Notes: generated by a model not told the origin, from the sequence alone. Shown: positions 1 to 10,943, counted from the stretch's first letter. The stretch: 64,000 nucleotides of DNA from Candidatus Altiarchaeota archaeon (GCA_043800705.1 JAZDMS010000022.1:1-64000); one strand, 5' to 3'. Numbers and translations: made by a program.

Positions 1-1789
1 AGCCTGAAAAGTTCAGGATAAGTCTGTGCATCTCCACCCTCATTCGCTGGTTTACTGTGGAAATACTCCTTACCGCCGTTGCAACGATATGTTTCTTGGG
101 TATAGGTTATGCCAAGTCTCGGAAAAACATACTTTTTTAGGGTATCCGCCGCGAATCGGCTCTTCGAACATATCTCACCAAAATGGTCTGAATAATATCT
201 CAGAACTTTATCTTTCATCTCTTTGCAAGCGATTTTATCCCGGAACCATACTGTAGATATGTGGATCCCCCCAGTCTGCATATAGTATCCGTTAGGGATA
301 GTGACCGAGCAATTGTAGTATCTGGTGAAATTGGAGCTTATGAGCGCATCCTTCAGCTCCAGGTAGTCGGGAGGCCCTAGCAGGACCATCTTATATTCGC
401 CGTTCCTTAGACTCTTGAGGACCTCCTGATTCCTTGCGGCCCTGCCCGCCATCGTCCTCAGCTCTTCAGGGTTTTTTTCTCCTCGGCTTCCCAGCTGACG
501 TCCTTCACGATCCCGGCCGACAGCATCATGGGGGCGTTCAGGGAGTCTATGCCGTATGTTTCCGTTATATCCTGCAGGTATTCAAAATCGTAGTCGGACA
601 TGCGCAAGCCAAGCTCTTTGAAGAGTGGTTCCAGGTGCTCCCTGTTGTCGTATCCGGTGAGGATCCTTCCCCCCGCCGGGAGGAATTTGAAGCCGTATTG
701 GAATTCGACCAGGTCGGGGTCGATGAGATGTTCCGACAAAGGCCAGACCTTGTAGATTGGGCTCATGTAGAGGATGACGACCACCAGTACGAAAACGTTC
801 AGCCATCGCCGGGCTGAATCCTTCCGGGACCTTGTCCGCTCAAATAGGAGGGCGAATATGATGAACACGTTGAAGGGGATGTAGTAGTACAGCGTATAGA
901 TAACGGATATGCCCCCCCTTAGAATGTGGGTCAGGAAGAAGGGGATCATCGTCAGGGAGAGGAAGCTGAAGATGTCGCGATTCTTCAGGAAAAGGTAAGC
1001 CAGATAAAGTGAGAGGATGTAGAATGATATCTTTTGCTTCATCAGGCCGTCCAGGGGGGACAATGCTTCGAGCATGCCCCGGAAGGTGTAGATGCCGTAG
1101 GCCGCCTGTGCGGTGACCACATGGGAGACCATGTTCGGGAACGCCAGGTAGAACAACAGGGCTACGGAGGCGATCGTGGCAGGCACGACCAGCCTGGATC
1201 GGCCGCGTGTTTTTACGAACACGACGTCATGGAGGAGCAAGGCTGCGATTATGGGGGATGTGACCACCTTGAACAAGATCGAGACGGAGAAAAGGATGCC
1301 CGAGACGATAAGCCGGGAGGGCTCTGGACCCTGGCGGAAGACGATGAATCCCGCAAGAAGGAACGCGATAGGCATCAAAGTCAGCAAGTCGGTGGCATTC
1401 GCCACGATGAGAAAGATGAACAGCACATTGAACAGATCCCGATTGATGGCCAGCCTCTCCCTGGATATGATCCCCGACATCATCGCCCAGATGGCGGCCA
1501 ACGATAGGCCGACCAGTGCGACGTTGATGGTCTGGAGATTCTCGAAGCCGAAGACCTTCGTGGAGACGAGGGTGAGGGCATAGACCAATGGCGGATGGAC
1601 GCAGTAGGGCTTGTCCCGGTACAGATTACCCTCAGCCAGGTATCTTGAGCAGATGAGCCATTCGTCGCGATAGGCGGTATGCGCCAATTGTGGAAGCGTA
1701 AAAATCGAAAAAACCACGAGGGCGATGAGGATGAGCAAAATCGGCCGCATGGTATCGCATTTTTCCGAGATATGCCTAGACCACCTCAC
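1..1789 (-). CDS. Polytopic membrane protein, GT-C/ArnT-PMT-like glycosyltransferase; frameshifted at 472-478, C-terminus runs off the window
   Basis: ORF 458-1789 has many TM segments and a DE...Y.D...HPPL luminal motif. One extra A in the A7 run joins a stop-free frame (KKNPEELRTMAGR...) that stays open to position 1. Confidence 0.6.
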
Positions 1790-1901
1790 AACAGATTAAA
1801 GGGGAATGACAAATATAAGGTGGATGGCGCCCCAACATTATTCATAAGCACGAATGATTCTTCACCAAACCTTTTAGGTGCATATTTCATATCTTATTGC
1901 A

Positions 1902-4464
1902 ATGGAAGAATTTTCCGAGGGTTATATCCAGGGGCTCACCGACGCCGAGGCAGAAAGGCTGCTTAGGGAGTGCGGCCCCAACGAGCTCCCGTCAGCCAAG
2001 GGAAAATGTGTTTTGGCGACCGCGTACGAGATAGTCCGCGAGCCGATGTTCCTGCTCCTCTTGACTGGGGGCATAATCTACATGATGCTGGGGGATGTCG
2101 CCGAATCCCTGATGCTCCTCCTGTTCGTATTCATCGTGATGGCTATCACATTCTACCAGGAGCGCAAGACCGAGAGGGCCTTGGAAGCTTTGCGGGACAT
2201 GTCGAGTCCGAGGGCGCTCGTGGTGAGGGGTGGCAGGCACGTCAGGATCGCGGGGAGGGGAGTCGTACCGGGCGACATAATGATCCTCGCCGAGGGCGAC
2301 CGGGTCCCAGCAGACGCCATCCTCTTAGTCTCGTCCAACATGCTCCTTGACGAGTCCCTCCTCACCGGGGAGTCGGTCCCTGTGCGGAAGGTTGCGGGCA
2401 GGGGAGACGAGCCGGCAAGCAGGCCGGGCGGCGACGACCTGCCGTGGGTGTTCTCTGGGACGATGTTATGCCAGGGCCGGGGGATCGCGCGCGTGATCTC
2501 AACCGGTGCCGCGACCGAGATAGGGAAGATAGGGAAGGCGCTGAAGACAGTGGAGGAGGAGGATTCCCCGCTCCGGGTGGAAATGGGTTCCCTAGTCAAG
2601 AAATTCGCGGCCGTCGCCCTATGCTTCTGCGCGATAGTGGTCGTGTTCTACGGGCTGATGATGGGCCACTGGCTGGACGGCCTCCTGGCCGGGATCGCGT
2701 TGGCGATGGCCATCCTACCGGAGGAGATTCCCGTCGTCCTGACAATATTCTTCGCCATCGGGGCGTGGAGGATGTCCAAGTGCAGGGTTCTGACGAGGCG
2801 CCTGCAGTCGATCGAGGCCCTCGGCTCCGCCACCGTATTGTGCGTCGACAAGACGGGTACGCTGACCATGAACAGGATGACAGTGACGAAGGCATATTCG
2901 GGCGGCGGATACTGCGAGCTCGGAGGCGGTGTCGAACGGGTGCCCGAGAGTTTCCACGAGGTCATAGAATACGGCGTGCTCGCAAGCCAGCCGACGCCTT
3001 TCGACCCGATGGAACAGGGAATAAAATCCCTGAGCGACCGCGTCCTGGCCAACACCGAACACGTCCACGAAAGCTGGACGCTCGTCCACGAGTATCCCCT
3101 TTCGAAGGGCCTCCTATCTTTGTCCAACGTCTGGAAGTCCCCGGACGGCTCGGATTATATCATCGCGTCGAAGGGCGCCCCCGAAGCCATCGCCGACCTA
3201 TGCCACCTCGGCGAGGATCAGGCGAAGGAGGTCGACGCGAAGGTGACGGAGATGGCAGACATGGGCCTCAGGATCCTTGGCGTTGCGAAGTCACATTTCA
3301 AGGCGTCAAATGACCTTCCCTCCGGCCAGCACGACTTCAGGTTCGAGTTCCTCGGCCTCCTCGGGTTCACAGACCCCGTAAGGGAGGGTGTCGGGGCGTC
3401 GGTCAAGGAATGCTACCAGGCGGGTATCAGGGTCGTCATGATCACCGGCGACTATCCTGGGACGGCAAGGAACGTCGCCGTACAGATAGGGCTCGAGCGC
3501 CCGCAGGAGCACCTCACCGGGTCGGACCTTGCCAGGATGAGCCACGAAGAGCTGAGGGAACTGGTGAAGACGGTCAACATTTTCGCGAGGGTGGTCCCTG
3601 AGCAGAAGCTGCTTCTGGTCAACGCGCTGAAGGCCAACGGCGAGGTCGTCGCGATGACTGGAGACGGCGTGAACGATGCCCCCGCGCTCAAGAGCGCCCA
3701 CATCGGCATCGCGATGGGGGGCAGGGGGACTGACGTGGCGAGGGAGGCCGCCGCGCTCGTCATCCTAGACGACGACTTCAAATCCATTGTCTCGGCGGTG
3801 AGGATGGGCAGGAGGATCTTCGACAACCTCAGGAAGGCGATAGCGTACATACTGGCCGTTCACATACCGATCGTGGGGGTTGACGGTCGTCCCCGCGATC
3901 CTGAAATGGCCGCTGGCCCTGATGCCGGCGCATATAGCCTTCCTGGAGCTGATAATAGACCCCGCATGTTCCACCATCTTCGAGGCCGAGCCCGAGGAGT
4001 CCGACGTCATGTTAAGGAAGCCGAGAGGCCTTGGGGCTCCCCTCTTCTCCAGGAGGGACGTAATGCTGGGGGTCGCACAGGGCCTGATGGTGTTCCTGCT
4101 TGTGGCGAACATCTACGGCTTCGTCCTTTATCGCGGAGGCGGGGAGGACAAGGCCCGTGCGCTCGCGTTCACCGCCCTCGTCATCGGCAACCTCGCACTG
4201 ATAATCACGAACAGGTCCTGGCTGAGGACAGTCATCGAGACGATAAGGGTCCCGAACAAGGCGATGTATTATGTCTTCGCTGGGGCGGCTGTCTGTCTCG
4301 GCCTGATATTGTATGTGCCGTTCCTGTCCCAGCTATTCCATTTCGAGACGCCCCACTTCCATGACATCATGTATGCAGTCTTGGCGGGCTTGGGAAGCAT
4401 CCTCTGGTTCGAGGGATTGAAGGCCATAAACAGGAGGATGCACGCCGGGATCCTCAGGATCTAG
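1902..4464 (+). CDS. Cation-transporting P-type ATPase (Ca2+-type, P2); frameshifted at G5 3875-3879
   Basis: Motifs LTGES, PEE(I)P, DKTGTLT, KGAPE, MITGD, TGDGVNDAPAL. The C-terminal TM helices (IVGLTVVPAILKWPL...) lie in ORF 3880-4464. Confidence 0.9.
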
Positions 4465-5347
4465 TCGTCACTTCGCAGCCGTCTTCGGTGACTATCAGTG
4501 TGTGTTCGAACTGGCTGACCATGCCCTTTCCTCGGTCATGCAATGGGGGGTAGGATTTTAGTATTCCCTGCTGGCTCAGCTGGTTCAGCGTCAGGATAAG
4601 CTTCATCGGAGGCATCATCTTCCCGTACCACCTGGCCGCAAACGGCATCCCCTGCCGGTCCTCGACCTCGGAGAGAAGCTGCCTGGCTTCCCGGATCCTG
4701 GTAGGCCGCTCATCAAGGACGGAGTATATCTCGGCGTTCCGCGACTCGATCACGTGGCCTGCGCCGTCCGTGGCGAACGGCTCCAATGCTATCACCATCC
4801 CCTCCTCAAGCTTCCAGTCGTACGGGACCTTGATGTTGGGTATGCTGAGGCCCGCGTGCAGGTCGTACTGCTTCAGCTCGTGGCCTGTGAGGTTCTCGAT
4901 CGGCTTATAGCCTGCCTTCGCGAGTATGGATTGGACGGTTTCCCCGATGCTGCTGACTGAGACGCCGGGTTTAACCAATTTGGTGGCTTCCTCTAGCGCC
5001 TTCTTGTTGGCGTCCATCATCTTCCCGTATTCGCCGGTCAGGTCAACTGTTACGGCGGTGTCGGCTATGTATCCGTCGACGTGGACGCCTATGTCTAGCT
5101 TCACCAGGTCCTTGTCCGTGAACGCCGCAGGATCGTTGAACTTCGGCGTATAGTGGGCCGCCGCGTCGTTTATGGATATGTTGACTGGGAACGCGGAGCC
5201 GACCTCCTCCTTCGCGAACCTCTCCTCGATCTTGTTCGAGACGTCTATAAGCTTTACTCCCGGCTTGATGAGCTTCGAGGCCCAGGCCAGCGTCTCGGAA
5301 GCGACTTTTCCGGCATTCCGGTAGGATTTGAGAGCCTCGGTTTCCAT
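4454..5347 (-). CDS. map: Type II methionine aminopeptidase
   Basis: Motifs AAHYTP, KLDIGVHVDGYIADTA, NLTGH, EPFAT, QFEHT. Confidence 0.97.
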   Translation of the reverse strand: METEALKSYRNAGKVASETLAWASKLIKPGVKLIDVSNKIEERFAKEEVGSAFPVNISINDAAAHYTPKFNDPAAFTDKDLVKLDIGVHVDGYIADTAVTVDLTGEYGKMMDANKKALEEATKLVKPGVSVSSIGETVQSILAKAGYKPIENLTGHELKQYDLHAGLSIPNIKVPYDWKLEEGMVIALEPFATDGAGHVIESRNAEIYSVLDERPTRIREARQLLSEVEDRQGMPFAARWYGKMMPPMKLILTLNQLSQQGILKSYPPLHDRGKGMVSQFEHTLIVTEDGCEVTTRS

Positions 5348-5372
5348 GTGAGAATAGTATAAGGATGCGCCG

Positions 5373-6353
5373 TTAAAAACCCGGCCTATTCCCGTCTTGG
5401 ACGTATTTTTTTGCCCGGGCTATGCCGTACTGATATGCCATCCTTGCGAGCATGTTGTCGTCCTTTTTCAGCCGCTTTATTATTCGCTTCTGGCTCTCCT
5501 CAGGAAGGCGTCTAATGTGGTCGATTATTTTTGGCCATCCGTCTTTAGTATGCCTGCCACCACCCCATAATTCAAAATCAGAGGACATATCAATCCCTTT
5601 TCGTTCTTCTTCGGTGAAATATCTTAGAAAGTGCCCCTTTAGCGCATCAATTAGTCTAAAACCGTCACGGGAAAAATCATCTTGTGAGATCTTTGGGTTT
5701 TCCGGATTCTGCTTCAGAATCAGCTCCAACAGCTCCCCCCGTGAGACGTTTATAATGCCGTCTTTGGTTTTGTCCTTTGTCAGATGGAATTCATCTGCTA
5801 TCCCTGCACCTAAATTATTGGTATTATAAAAATCGATTGATACGCCGAGATTGTCTCTGATGGAGCGAAAAGTGGTCCCACTGCCCCACTTGTCCAGTAC
5901 CACGAACTCGGTATCTTCTTTTTTGGCGCCATGCTTCCTTAAAGCCTCTTCTAAATTGAGTCTGAGGGATTCATTGGCAGATTCAAATCCAGGCACACCA
6001 TCCGCGTATAAATTGAGCAATACCCTGTACGGTGTTTTGAGAAAGGTCAGTGCCACCCCCCCTTCTGGCGATAGGACCTTCAGCACCCCTTTCATGAATT
6101 CCCCGGTCGCCTGTTGCCCGGTCATGGGCATGAGAAAATGCACCTTTTTGCCTTTATTTTTTTCCAATATTAAACACACGCGTTCAATGAAGTCTTTCGG
6201 ATAAAATATGCCTGTTTGCGATTCTAATTCCGGTGGAAAGCCTATACCCAAAGGGTTAATACCATCCAATAATGACATCTGGCCTTTGAACTTTTCCCTG
6301 AAATCATCTAGCGATTTTGGCTCTCTGCGATACCTGGCTGCTACCCCGGCCAT
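5373..6353 (-). CDS. Hypothetical protein, possibly a divergent phosphoribosyltransferase fold
   Basis: 326-aa ORF, visibly more AT-rich than its neighbours. FVVLDKWGSGTT resembles a PRPP-binding loop. Confidence 0.55.
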   Translation of the reverse strand: MAGVAARYRREPKSLDDFREKFKGQMSLLDGINPLGIGFPPELESQTGIFYPKDFIERVCLILEKNKGKKVHFLMPMTGQQATGEFMKGVLKVLSPEGGVALTFLKTPYRVLLNLYADGVPGFESANESLRLNLEEALRKHGAKKEDTEFVVLDKWGSGTTFRSIRDNLGVSIDFYNTNNLGAGIADEFHLTKDKTKDGIINVSRGELLELILKQNPENPKISQDDFSRDGFRLIDALKGHFLRYFTEEERKGIDMSSDFELWGGGRHTKDGWPKIIDHIRRLPEESQKRIIKRLKKDDNMLARMAYQYGIARAKKYVQDGNRPGF

Positions 6354-6381
6354 GATAGGATATGGGACGCGAGGAATTATA

Positions 6382-7392
6382 CTATATAGTGTCTGACTGG
6401 ATTGTCCGCCCCATCAGCCGAATGGAGTATCCAAACATGCGCAACACGTCAACACTAGTCCTGGCGTGTTCGGTTATCTGTGAACCGTTCACCTCCCCGC
6501 CGACCATCGCCAGATACGGGATTATCTGGTCTGCCATGTGCTCATCGAGTGGGGCATCCGATGACATCTCTTCGAGTAGCCCGTCAGCCGCCATTTCCCC
6601 CACGTCTTCGGCCTTTATCCCCCTTTCCCCGAGGACGCAGACGCCAACCCTTGTGTTATCGTATTTTGCGACTGCCAGGAAGCTGGTGCCGATGCTCGGC
6701 GACTCTACGTACTGCCTGCTGATATGTCTCACCTCATGTGTGGGCGATATCTTCTTAAGGAACCCCTTCACCTGCCTCTCGGCCACTTCCTGCTTCCTGA
6801 GATGCTCGGTTGCTGTGCTGAATACGTCTACGGATTCGAATGGCCTCCGCTCGATGAGGTCGATGCGTCGGGAATGATTCCACGGCCTCGTCCTGAGCCG
6901 GACCTGGCCGCCGCCTTTGGGATAGAATCCCCGCTTCAAGACCTCAAACTCGACATCACATCCGACGCTGCGAACGATTGGGAGGAAGACGTGTTCGAAG
7001 TAGTCTACTGTGGGGCTGTGGCTGACGTCGGTCCCGCCAGAGACATCGATGATTACCTCATCAGGCGCCTTCAAGGCCACTGGCAGCAAAGCCTGAAGAA
7101 GCAGGGTAATCGAGCCTGCAGTACCTATGTTCACGCTGATGCGGCCCGCTTTAATGATCCCAGGAGAGAATGAGACCTCAGTAGAGCCGATACGCAGGCC
7201 GTCGATATCCGCATCGCAGAGTAGGCCGAGTGCTTCGACTGCCTTCAGGTGCTGGGGGCGAAGACCCGGATTCTCGCGGCCGGCCCGGATTTTAGTTATC
7301 CTGACGGGCTCCCCTTTGATGGCGCTCAACGCGACGGCTGTGCGAAGTATCTGGCCGCCGCCTTCGCCGAAAGAGCCGTCGATCTCTAGCAT
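6382..7392 (-). CDS. rtcA: RNA 3'-terminal phosphate cyclase
   Basis: Motifs DGSFGEGGGQILR, R..PGLRPQH, GSITLLLQ, GFYPKGGG, DEHMADQ, ITEH. Confidence 0.96.
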   Translation of the reverse strand: MLEIDGSFGEGGGQILRTAVALSAIKGEPVRITKIRAGRENPGLRPQHLKAVEALGLLCDADIDGLRIGSTEVSFSPGIIKAGRISVNIGTAGSITLLLQALLPVALKAPDEVIIDVSGGTDVSHSPTVDYFEHVFLPIVRSVGCDVEFEVLKRGFYPKGGGQVRLRTRPWNHSRRIDLIERRPFESVDVFSTATEHLRKQEVAERQVKGFLKKISPTHEVRHISRQYVESPSIGTSFLAVAKYDNTRVGVCVLGERGIKAEDVGEMAADGLLEEMSSDAPLDEHMADQIIPYLAMVGGEVNGSQITEHARTSVDVLRMFGYSIRLMGRTIQSDTI

Positions 7393-7395
7393 TTT

Positions 7396-7869
7396 TTACT
7401 TCGTCTCGTATAGTCTGGCCGCCAGTTTAGTGTAAAACTGCGGCGCTATGTAGTAGCCGTTTTCTATTATCTGGTTGAGCAGTGTTATTGCCTGCTTCCG
7501 GGATATTTTCCCTGACGCCGTCGCCTCCAGGACGACGGTGGTTGTTCTGATGCACTCTAGGCCGATTATCTGCGCTATTTTAATCGCGCGGGCGTCGTCG
7601 AGTATTATCCTGTCTTTCTGTTCCTCGGCCAGCTGCAGGGCCTGGGTTTCTCCTTCATCGACTCCGTACTCTTTCTTGGACTTCGGTTCGGACACCTTTA
7701 GCCAGCCGTCACGGATGGCTTTTTCTATTTGATGAGAGTCTTCTTTTCCGCTGTTAAGCACTTCATCACGCACTGCAGGGGGTATTTTCACTTGAACATA
7801 TAGGTCCTTCAGAAGTTCAAGCCTCCGAACCTTGCTGAGGCATATTAGGGACGTTGAATCGGATATCAT
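7396..7869 (-). CDS. PIN-domain protein (DUF3368-like), putative toxin
   Basis: Motifs ISDSTSLI, IPPAVRDE, DEGETQAL.LA, IILDD..A; overlaps the upstream partner by 4 nt. Confidence 0.85.
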   Translation of the reverse strand: MISDSTSLICLSKVRRLELLKDLYVQVKIPPAVRDEVLNSGKEDSHQIEKAIRDGWLKVSEPKSKKEYGVDEGETQALQLAEEQKDRIILDDARAIKIAQIIGLECIRTTTVVLEATASGKISRKQAITLLNQIIENGYYIAPQFYTKLAARLYETK

Positions 7870-8174
7870 GTTCCATCGAGCGCGGCGATATCTCTTTCAA
7901 CGTCCTGCGCCGAATACCCAGTCCAATCTATGTTGTTTTTCCTGGCGAGGTCCATGACATCCCATATGCTCTTTCCCGTCTCCCTCGCAGCCTGGCCGAC
8001 CGTTATCTCATGGGCTGCCAATTTTTGGAGGCTTTGACTGGTCTTCCAGGAGACTAATGCCTCATGAAGCAGCCGCCTCACTATCTCCGAGCGGTCCGTA
8101 TGACACACCCGCTCCACCTTTTTCAGCTCCTTCAGCGTCCATTCATCCAGACGAACCGATACAGTCACAGCCAC
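7866..8174 (-). CDS. UPF0175-family ribbon-helix-helix antitoxin
   Basis: GTG start after an AGGTG RBS; motifs TVSVRLDE...DRSEIVRRLL and ITVGQAARETGKSIWD. Confidence 0.8.
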   Translation of the reverse strand: MAVTVSVRLDEWTLKELKKVERVCHTDRSEIVRRLLHEALVSWKTSQSLQKLAAHEITVGQAARETGKSIWDVMDLARKNNIDWTGYSAQDVERDIAALDGT

Positions 8175-8262
8175 TTCTAACACCTGTATACATAATATGA
8201 CAACGTATATGAATTTAAATGCATTAGTTTCACATATTATCACGTTTTCCAGACCAAGACAT

Positions 8263-8361
8263 TCAAGACAGGAGCAAGTTTCCGCGGATGGCGCCCATGA
8301 CAAAGGATGCCCGCAGAATCTGTCCGCCGCCCTCGCCGAAAGAACCGGCGATGTCGATCAT
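8263..8361 (-). pseudogene. Degenerate copy of the rtcA 5' end (32 codons)
   Basis: Translates MIDIAGSFGEGGGQILRASFVMGAIRG, versus rtcA MLEIDGSFGEGGGQILRTAVALSAIKG. Confidence 0.85.
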
Positions 8362-8389
8362 CCTAGTAGGGGTAGGATAAGTGAGGCAG

Positions 8390-9427
8390 TCATTGCTTTA
8401 TTCGTGGTGTATCAAGAGGGACTGGTTTCGAAGCCCCGGGTTTAATCGATTCTATCCATTCAGCCCGTTCTTCAGGTCGGACTATCCCATATCTTGCGCG
8501 ATATTCCTTTGCCCTTTCAGCCATCCCTTCAGTGTTCAGTTGGACTGATTTTCCTGGCATCCGAGTGGGATTAAGGAACATTGTCTCTATCGTCTGCTGT
8601 CCGTCTTTGTCGATTCTGATTACAGTCCTTAGCGTCTCAAGAGGCCTGAATGCGCCACCAGCCGCCTCTAGCGTATCGAATCCTTGTTGGCTTTTTCCGG
8701 TCGTATTGTCGTGTGCATCAACGCATTCTTTTACGAACGCGCTCAACGACGGTTCATGCCCCACGATGGCTACGGCCACCCTCGAACCGGACTTCAATCT
8801 CGATGCGGCCTGGACATGATGCAATACATCTTTCGCGATCATCCCCGCACTGACCCTTGAAAAGTCCCCGTTTTTGATCGCGACCCTAACGGAATAGTTT
8901 TCAGCTTCGTCCAAGACAATTTCCTTCTCTCTGGCCGGCAGTCCTTTAACATATGCTCGCGGATTCGGTTCGCCAGGATATTTTTGCCTGAGATAATCAA
9001 CCTGCAATTCACCTAGTCCTTCCGGGTGGACACTTTTTACCTCCTCCAAGTCCCCGTGGAAGAGAGGATGCTTGCGTGGGGTCAAATCTACAACGATTTC
9101 ATCGTCCGAAAGCATGGCATCAGATCTGCTCCCAGCAGCCAAGACCTTGTATGGAACCGGCTTTTTTCCCCTTGATTTTAAAGCTCCATCATAACCCGCT
9201 TTTATCAACTCTACAGTCCTCTTGCTCCTGTCTTGGCGCGTGTGATAACCCTTCAAACTAAATGATCCATCCCCTGGAAGATTTTCAGCAAGCTTCCTGC
9301 CGGCTTCGAGGGCCGCCCGCTCCCCTTCCGGGCTTAACACAGCGTTCATGTTCCCGGCTTCCGCCTTCGGCCCATGCCGCATAAGGTCGATCACGACCAC
9401 AATGTCTTTGCCCTTAGCTGAATCCAC
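8390..9427 (-). CDS. Histidine phosphatase superfamily protein (divergent)
   Basis: Motifs DLMRHG, LSPEG, RSKRT, IVGHEP. Start uncertain: GTG 9427, or ATG near 9444 if one base is missing. Confidence 0.7.
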   Translation of the reverse strand: MDSAKGKDIVVVIDLMRHGPKAEAGNMNAVLSPEGERAALEAGRKLAENLPGDGSFSLKGYHTRQDRSKRTVELIKAGYDGALKSRGKKPVPYKVLAAGSRSDAMLSDDEIVVDLTPRKHPLFHGDLEEVKSVHPEGLGELQVDYLRQKYPGEPNPRAYVKGLPAREKEIVLDEAENYSVRVAIKNGDFSRVSAGMIAKDVLHHVQAASRLKSGSRVAVAIVGHEPSLSAFVKECVDAHDNTTGKSQQGFDTLEAAGGAFRPLETLRTVIRIDKDGQQTIETMFLNPTRMPGKSVQLNTEGMAERAKEYRARYGIVRPEERAEWIESIKPGASKPVPLDTPRIKQ

Positions 9428-9471
9428 AATATCCTCAAAACCATGCGGTCTGTATAAGCTATCTCGTTGGT

Positions 9472-10911
9472 TTAATTTATCTTCGAGACGATTCCCCTTT
9501 CTGCGTCCACTTCCACGAGGTCTCCGTCCTTGAACACCCTCGTCGCGTCGTGCGTCCCGACTATGCAAGGTATGTCGAACTCCCTCGATATTACGGCCGC
9601 GTGGGAGCATATTCCCCCCTGGTTCGTGACGATTGCCGCGGCTTTCACGGCTATCGGGATGATGAGAGGGGAGGTCATCGTCGTCACGAGGATTTCACCA
9701 GGTTTGAAGGCTTTCATGTCCTGCGCCAGCCTGGCGAGGTTGTCGACCCTCACGATTCTCACAGGCCCTATGACTTTACCTGGGTTAGCGGTCATGCCCC
9801 TCAATTCCGTGACGTCTGTCGGGGAAGTATGGAATTGTCTATAATGGTCTCTAGCTTCCTGGCCGCATAGGTATCGCAGCCTGCCGCCCTTGTAATGGAG
9901 TATGGAGTATTCCGTGCGGTCTTTTATCTCTTTGCCGGTGAGTCTTTTCCCTTTTTCGAAAAAGTTTATCAGGTCCGTGAAGTTATATGCCGCCATGAAA
10001 GACGCCATGTCCAGCCCGATTCGTTTTGCCAGGAATGTTAGGAAATCCAACATCATGGTCTCCGCTCCGCCCCAGGCCTCCTTAAGATCGAATCTGGAGA
10101 GGCCTAGGTCCTGAAGCATCTCACAGTAGTATTTTAGGGTGGGTTCGTCTTTGAATTCGGAGTATATCCTGTCCTGTTTTTTTCTGACTACAGTCTTGAA
10201 TTTTTTGATTGCTGTGATTTCTTCGCTCAGGCTTTCGGGGCTGGTCTGTTCCATCCGGCTGCGGAGGAATCCTGTTATTTCGTCGCGGGACCATGCGTTG
10301 GCGTATTTCTCCGGGTACCTCATGGCATGCTTCATCAGGGCCCTGTCGGTGACGCGTTTCCCCCGGGAGGTGAGCCTGCACCAGTGTATCAGCTCCTGTT
10401 GCGATCTGTCTAATTTTGTCGACGTCATCAGGATGCCGAAATTTCGTGTCAGCTCGCCCTTCCGATATCTTGTCGAGAGTGTTTTCCTAACCACCGCCTC
10501 TAATGCGCCCGTGGAACTGGGATCAGATGTCCGATATACCTTGTTCATCCAGATGAGGTGACTCTGATATTCCTTCACTATCCCCAAGATTTCCTTGTCA
10601 GACAATTCGCCATAGTCTAGTCTCGCAACTCTTCGGTAGAACCTCATGGCCTTGGATTTCGTGTCCCTTAGCCGTTTGAATATCTTCTTGGCTTGTGTTC
10701 TGTCAAGGTATTTTTCCCCGTTCTTGTTCACGTTCCTGAGTGCCTCCTTCGAGTAGTATATGTAGGAGAATCCGTTCGTGTGTTCCCTGAAGACGTCGTC
10801 CACTCCCGCCGTCATGGTGAACTCGCTGTTGTAGTCGGAAAAGAGCCGCAGCATGCATTCCGCCACCATGGCGGACTGCCTTTGCCCCCACATGAAGGTA
10901 TAGGAGTCCAT
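9472..10911 (-). CDS. Helical domain plus C-terminal PEP-utilising mobile (phospho-His swivel) domain
   Basis: GEILVTTMTSP...AIVTNQGGICSHAAVISREFDIPCIVGT; no ATP-grasp or TIM-barrel domain. Confidence 0.9.
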   Translation of the reverse strand: MDSYTFMWGQRQSAMVAECMLRLFSDYNSEFTMTAGVDDVFREHTNGFSYIYYSKEALRNVNKNGEKYLDRTQAKKIFKRLRDTKSKAMRFYRRVARLDYGELSDKEILGIVKEYQSHLIWMNKVYRTSDPSSTGALEAVVRKTLSTRYRKGELTRNFGILMTSTKLDRSQQELIHWCRLTSRGKRVTDRALMKHAMRYPEKYANAWSRDEITGFLRSRMEQTSPESLSEEITAIKKFKTVVRKKQDRIYSEFKDEPTLKYYCEMLQDLGLSRFDLKEAWGGAETMMLDFLTFLAKRIGLDMASFMAAYNFTDLINFFEKGKRLTGKEIKDRTEYSILHYKGGRLRYLCGQEARDHYRQFHTSPTDVTELRGMTANPGKVIGPVRIVRVDNLARLAQDMKAFKPGEILVTTMTSPLIIPIAVKAAAIVTNQGGICSHAAVISREFDIPCIVGTHDATRVFKDGDLVEVDAERGIVSKIN

Positions 10912-10943
10912 TGTAGGTTATCTGGAACGACCGATATAAATAC

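Noticed and set aside
458-460. Selenocysteine or readthrough at the TGA ending the GT-C-like ORF
   Set aside because: The plausible continuation is in another frame, so a homopolymer frameshift explains it better.
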